A stretch of DNA of 24,000 bases from Microcystis phage MaeS. The notes under the pieces were generated by a model. That model did not search any database, was not told the DNA's origin, and worked only from the letters and a program-made list of their open reading frames with translations. Shown here in pieces: positions 23,871-24,000 of the stretch. Position 1 is the stretch's first letter. Each line of letters opens with the position of its first letter. Made by a program: the position numbers and the translations under genes. The stretch is taken from the sequence record MT362618.1. One strand, written 5' to 3'.

Positions 23871-23987
23871 ATAGTTAGTTTGCGAAAGAAATCGTTGACA
23901 CTTGTACTAACTATCGTTTATGCTTTATTCAACGGGAAGGAACCCAACCAAAAGTTTCCTTCCTATAAAAACAAATCTATAGTTAGT
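23871..23987 (+). promoter_or_regulatory. Promoter TTGACA-N18-TATGCT with three ATAGTTAGT sites
   Basis: ATAGTTAGT at 23871 and 23979, inverted copy at 23906-23914 in the spacer; -35 at 23895-23900, -10 at 23919-23924. Confidence 0.5.
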
Positions 23988-24000
23988 TCAAATCTACGGG

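Noticed and set aside
23881-23924. GCGAAAGA at 23882 as another instance of the bipartite motif
   Set aside because: No GTTATAA box at the expected 24-nt distance; the nearby promoter instead has a canonical TTGACA.
1-24000. CRISPR array, tRNA or rRNA genes
   Set aside because: I looked for regularly spaced 25-40 bp repeats and tRNA-like GGTTCRANNCC arms and recognised none. This was by eye, so a tool scan is advised.

Overview
This 24 kb window is low-GC and looks like the accessory or early region of a Bacillota (Bacillaceae-like) mobile element, either a plasmid, phage-plasmid or integrative conjugative element. No virion structural genes are visible. The left half (about 1-8.6 kb) is a long minus-strand early-type block: HNH nuclease, SbcC/Rad50-like AAA ATPase, C5-cytosine methyltransferase, PAPS-reductase-like protein and many small zinc-ribbon or coiled-coil proteins. 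The middle has a divergent, short DNA sliding-clamp-like protein, an ArdA antirestriction protein, a lipoprotein and a Com-like zinc finger on the plus strand, between two large apparently non-coding tracts. The right part has a LysM/SleB-type hydrolase, three 22-bp iterons ahead of a small winged-helix protein, a tyrosine recombinase, a NUMOD4-HNH endonuclease, a compact conjugation-like operon (HerA/VirD4-like ATPase with atypical Walker motifs plus small membrane proteins), RHH and XRE regulators and a large serine recombinase. The most interesting signal is not a gene. It is a recurrent bipartite motif, GCGAAAGG-N24-GTTATAAN, usually with a second GTTATAAN exactly 13 nt away. It lies upstream of several minus-strand operons, often directly after a terminator. 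The 13-nt-phased GTTATAAN pairs recur ahead of plus-strand genes, and boxes also flank a canonical promoter of the tyrosine recombinase gene. This suggests an element-wide dedicated regulatory circuit.
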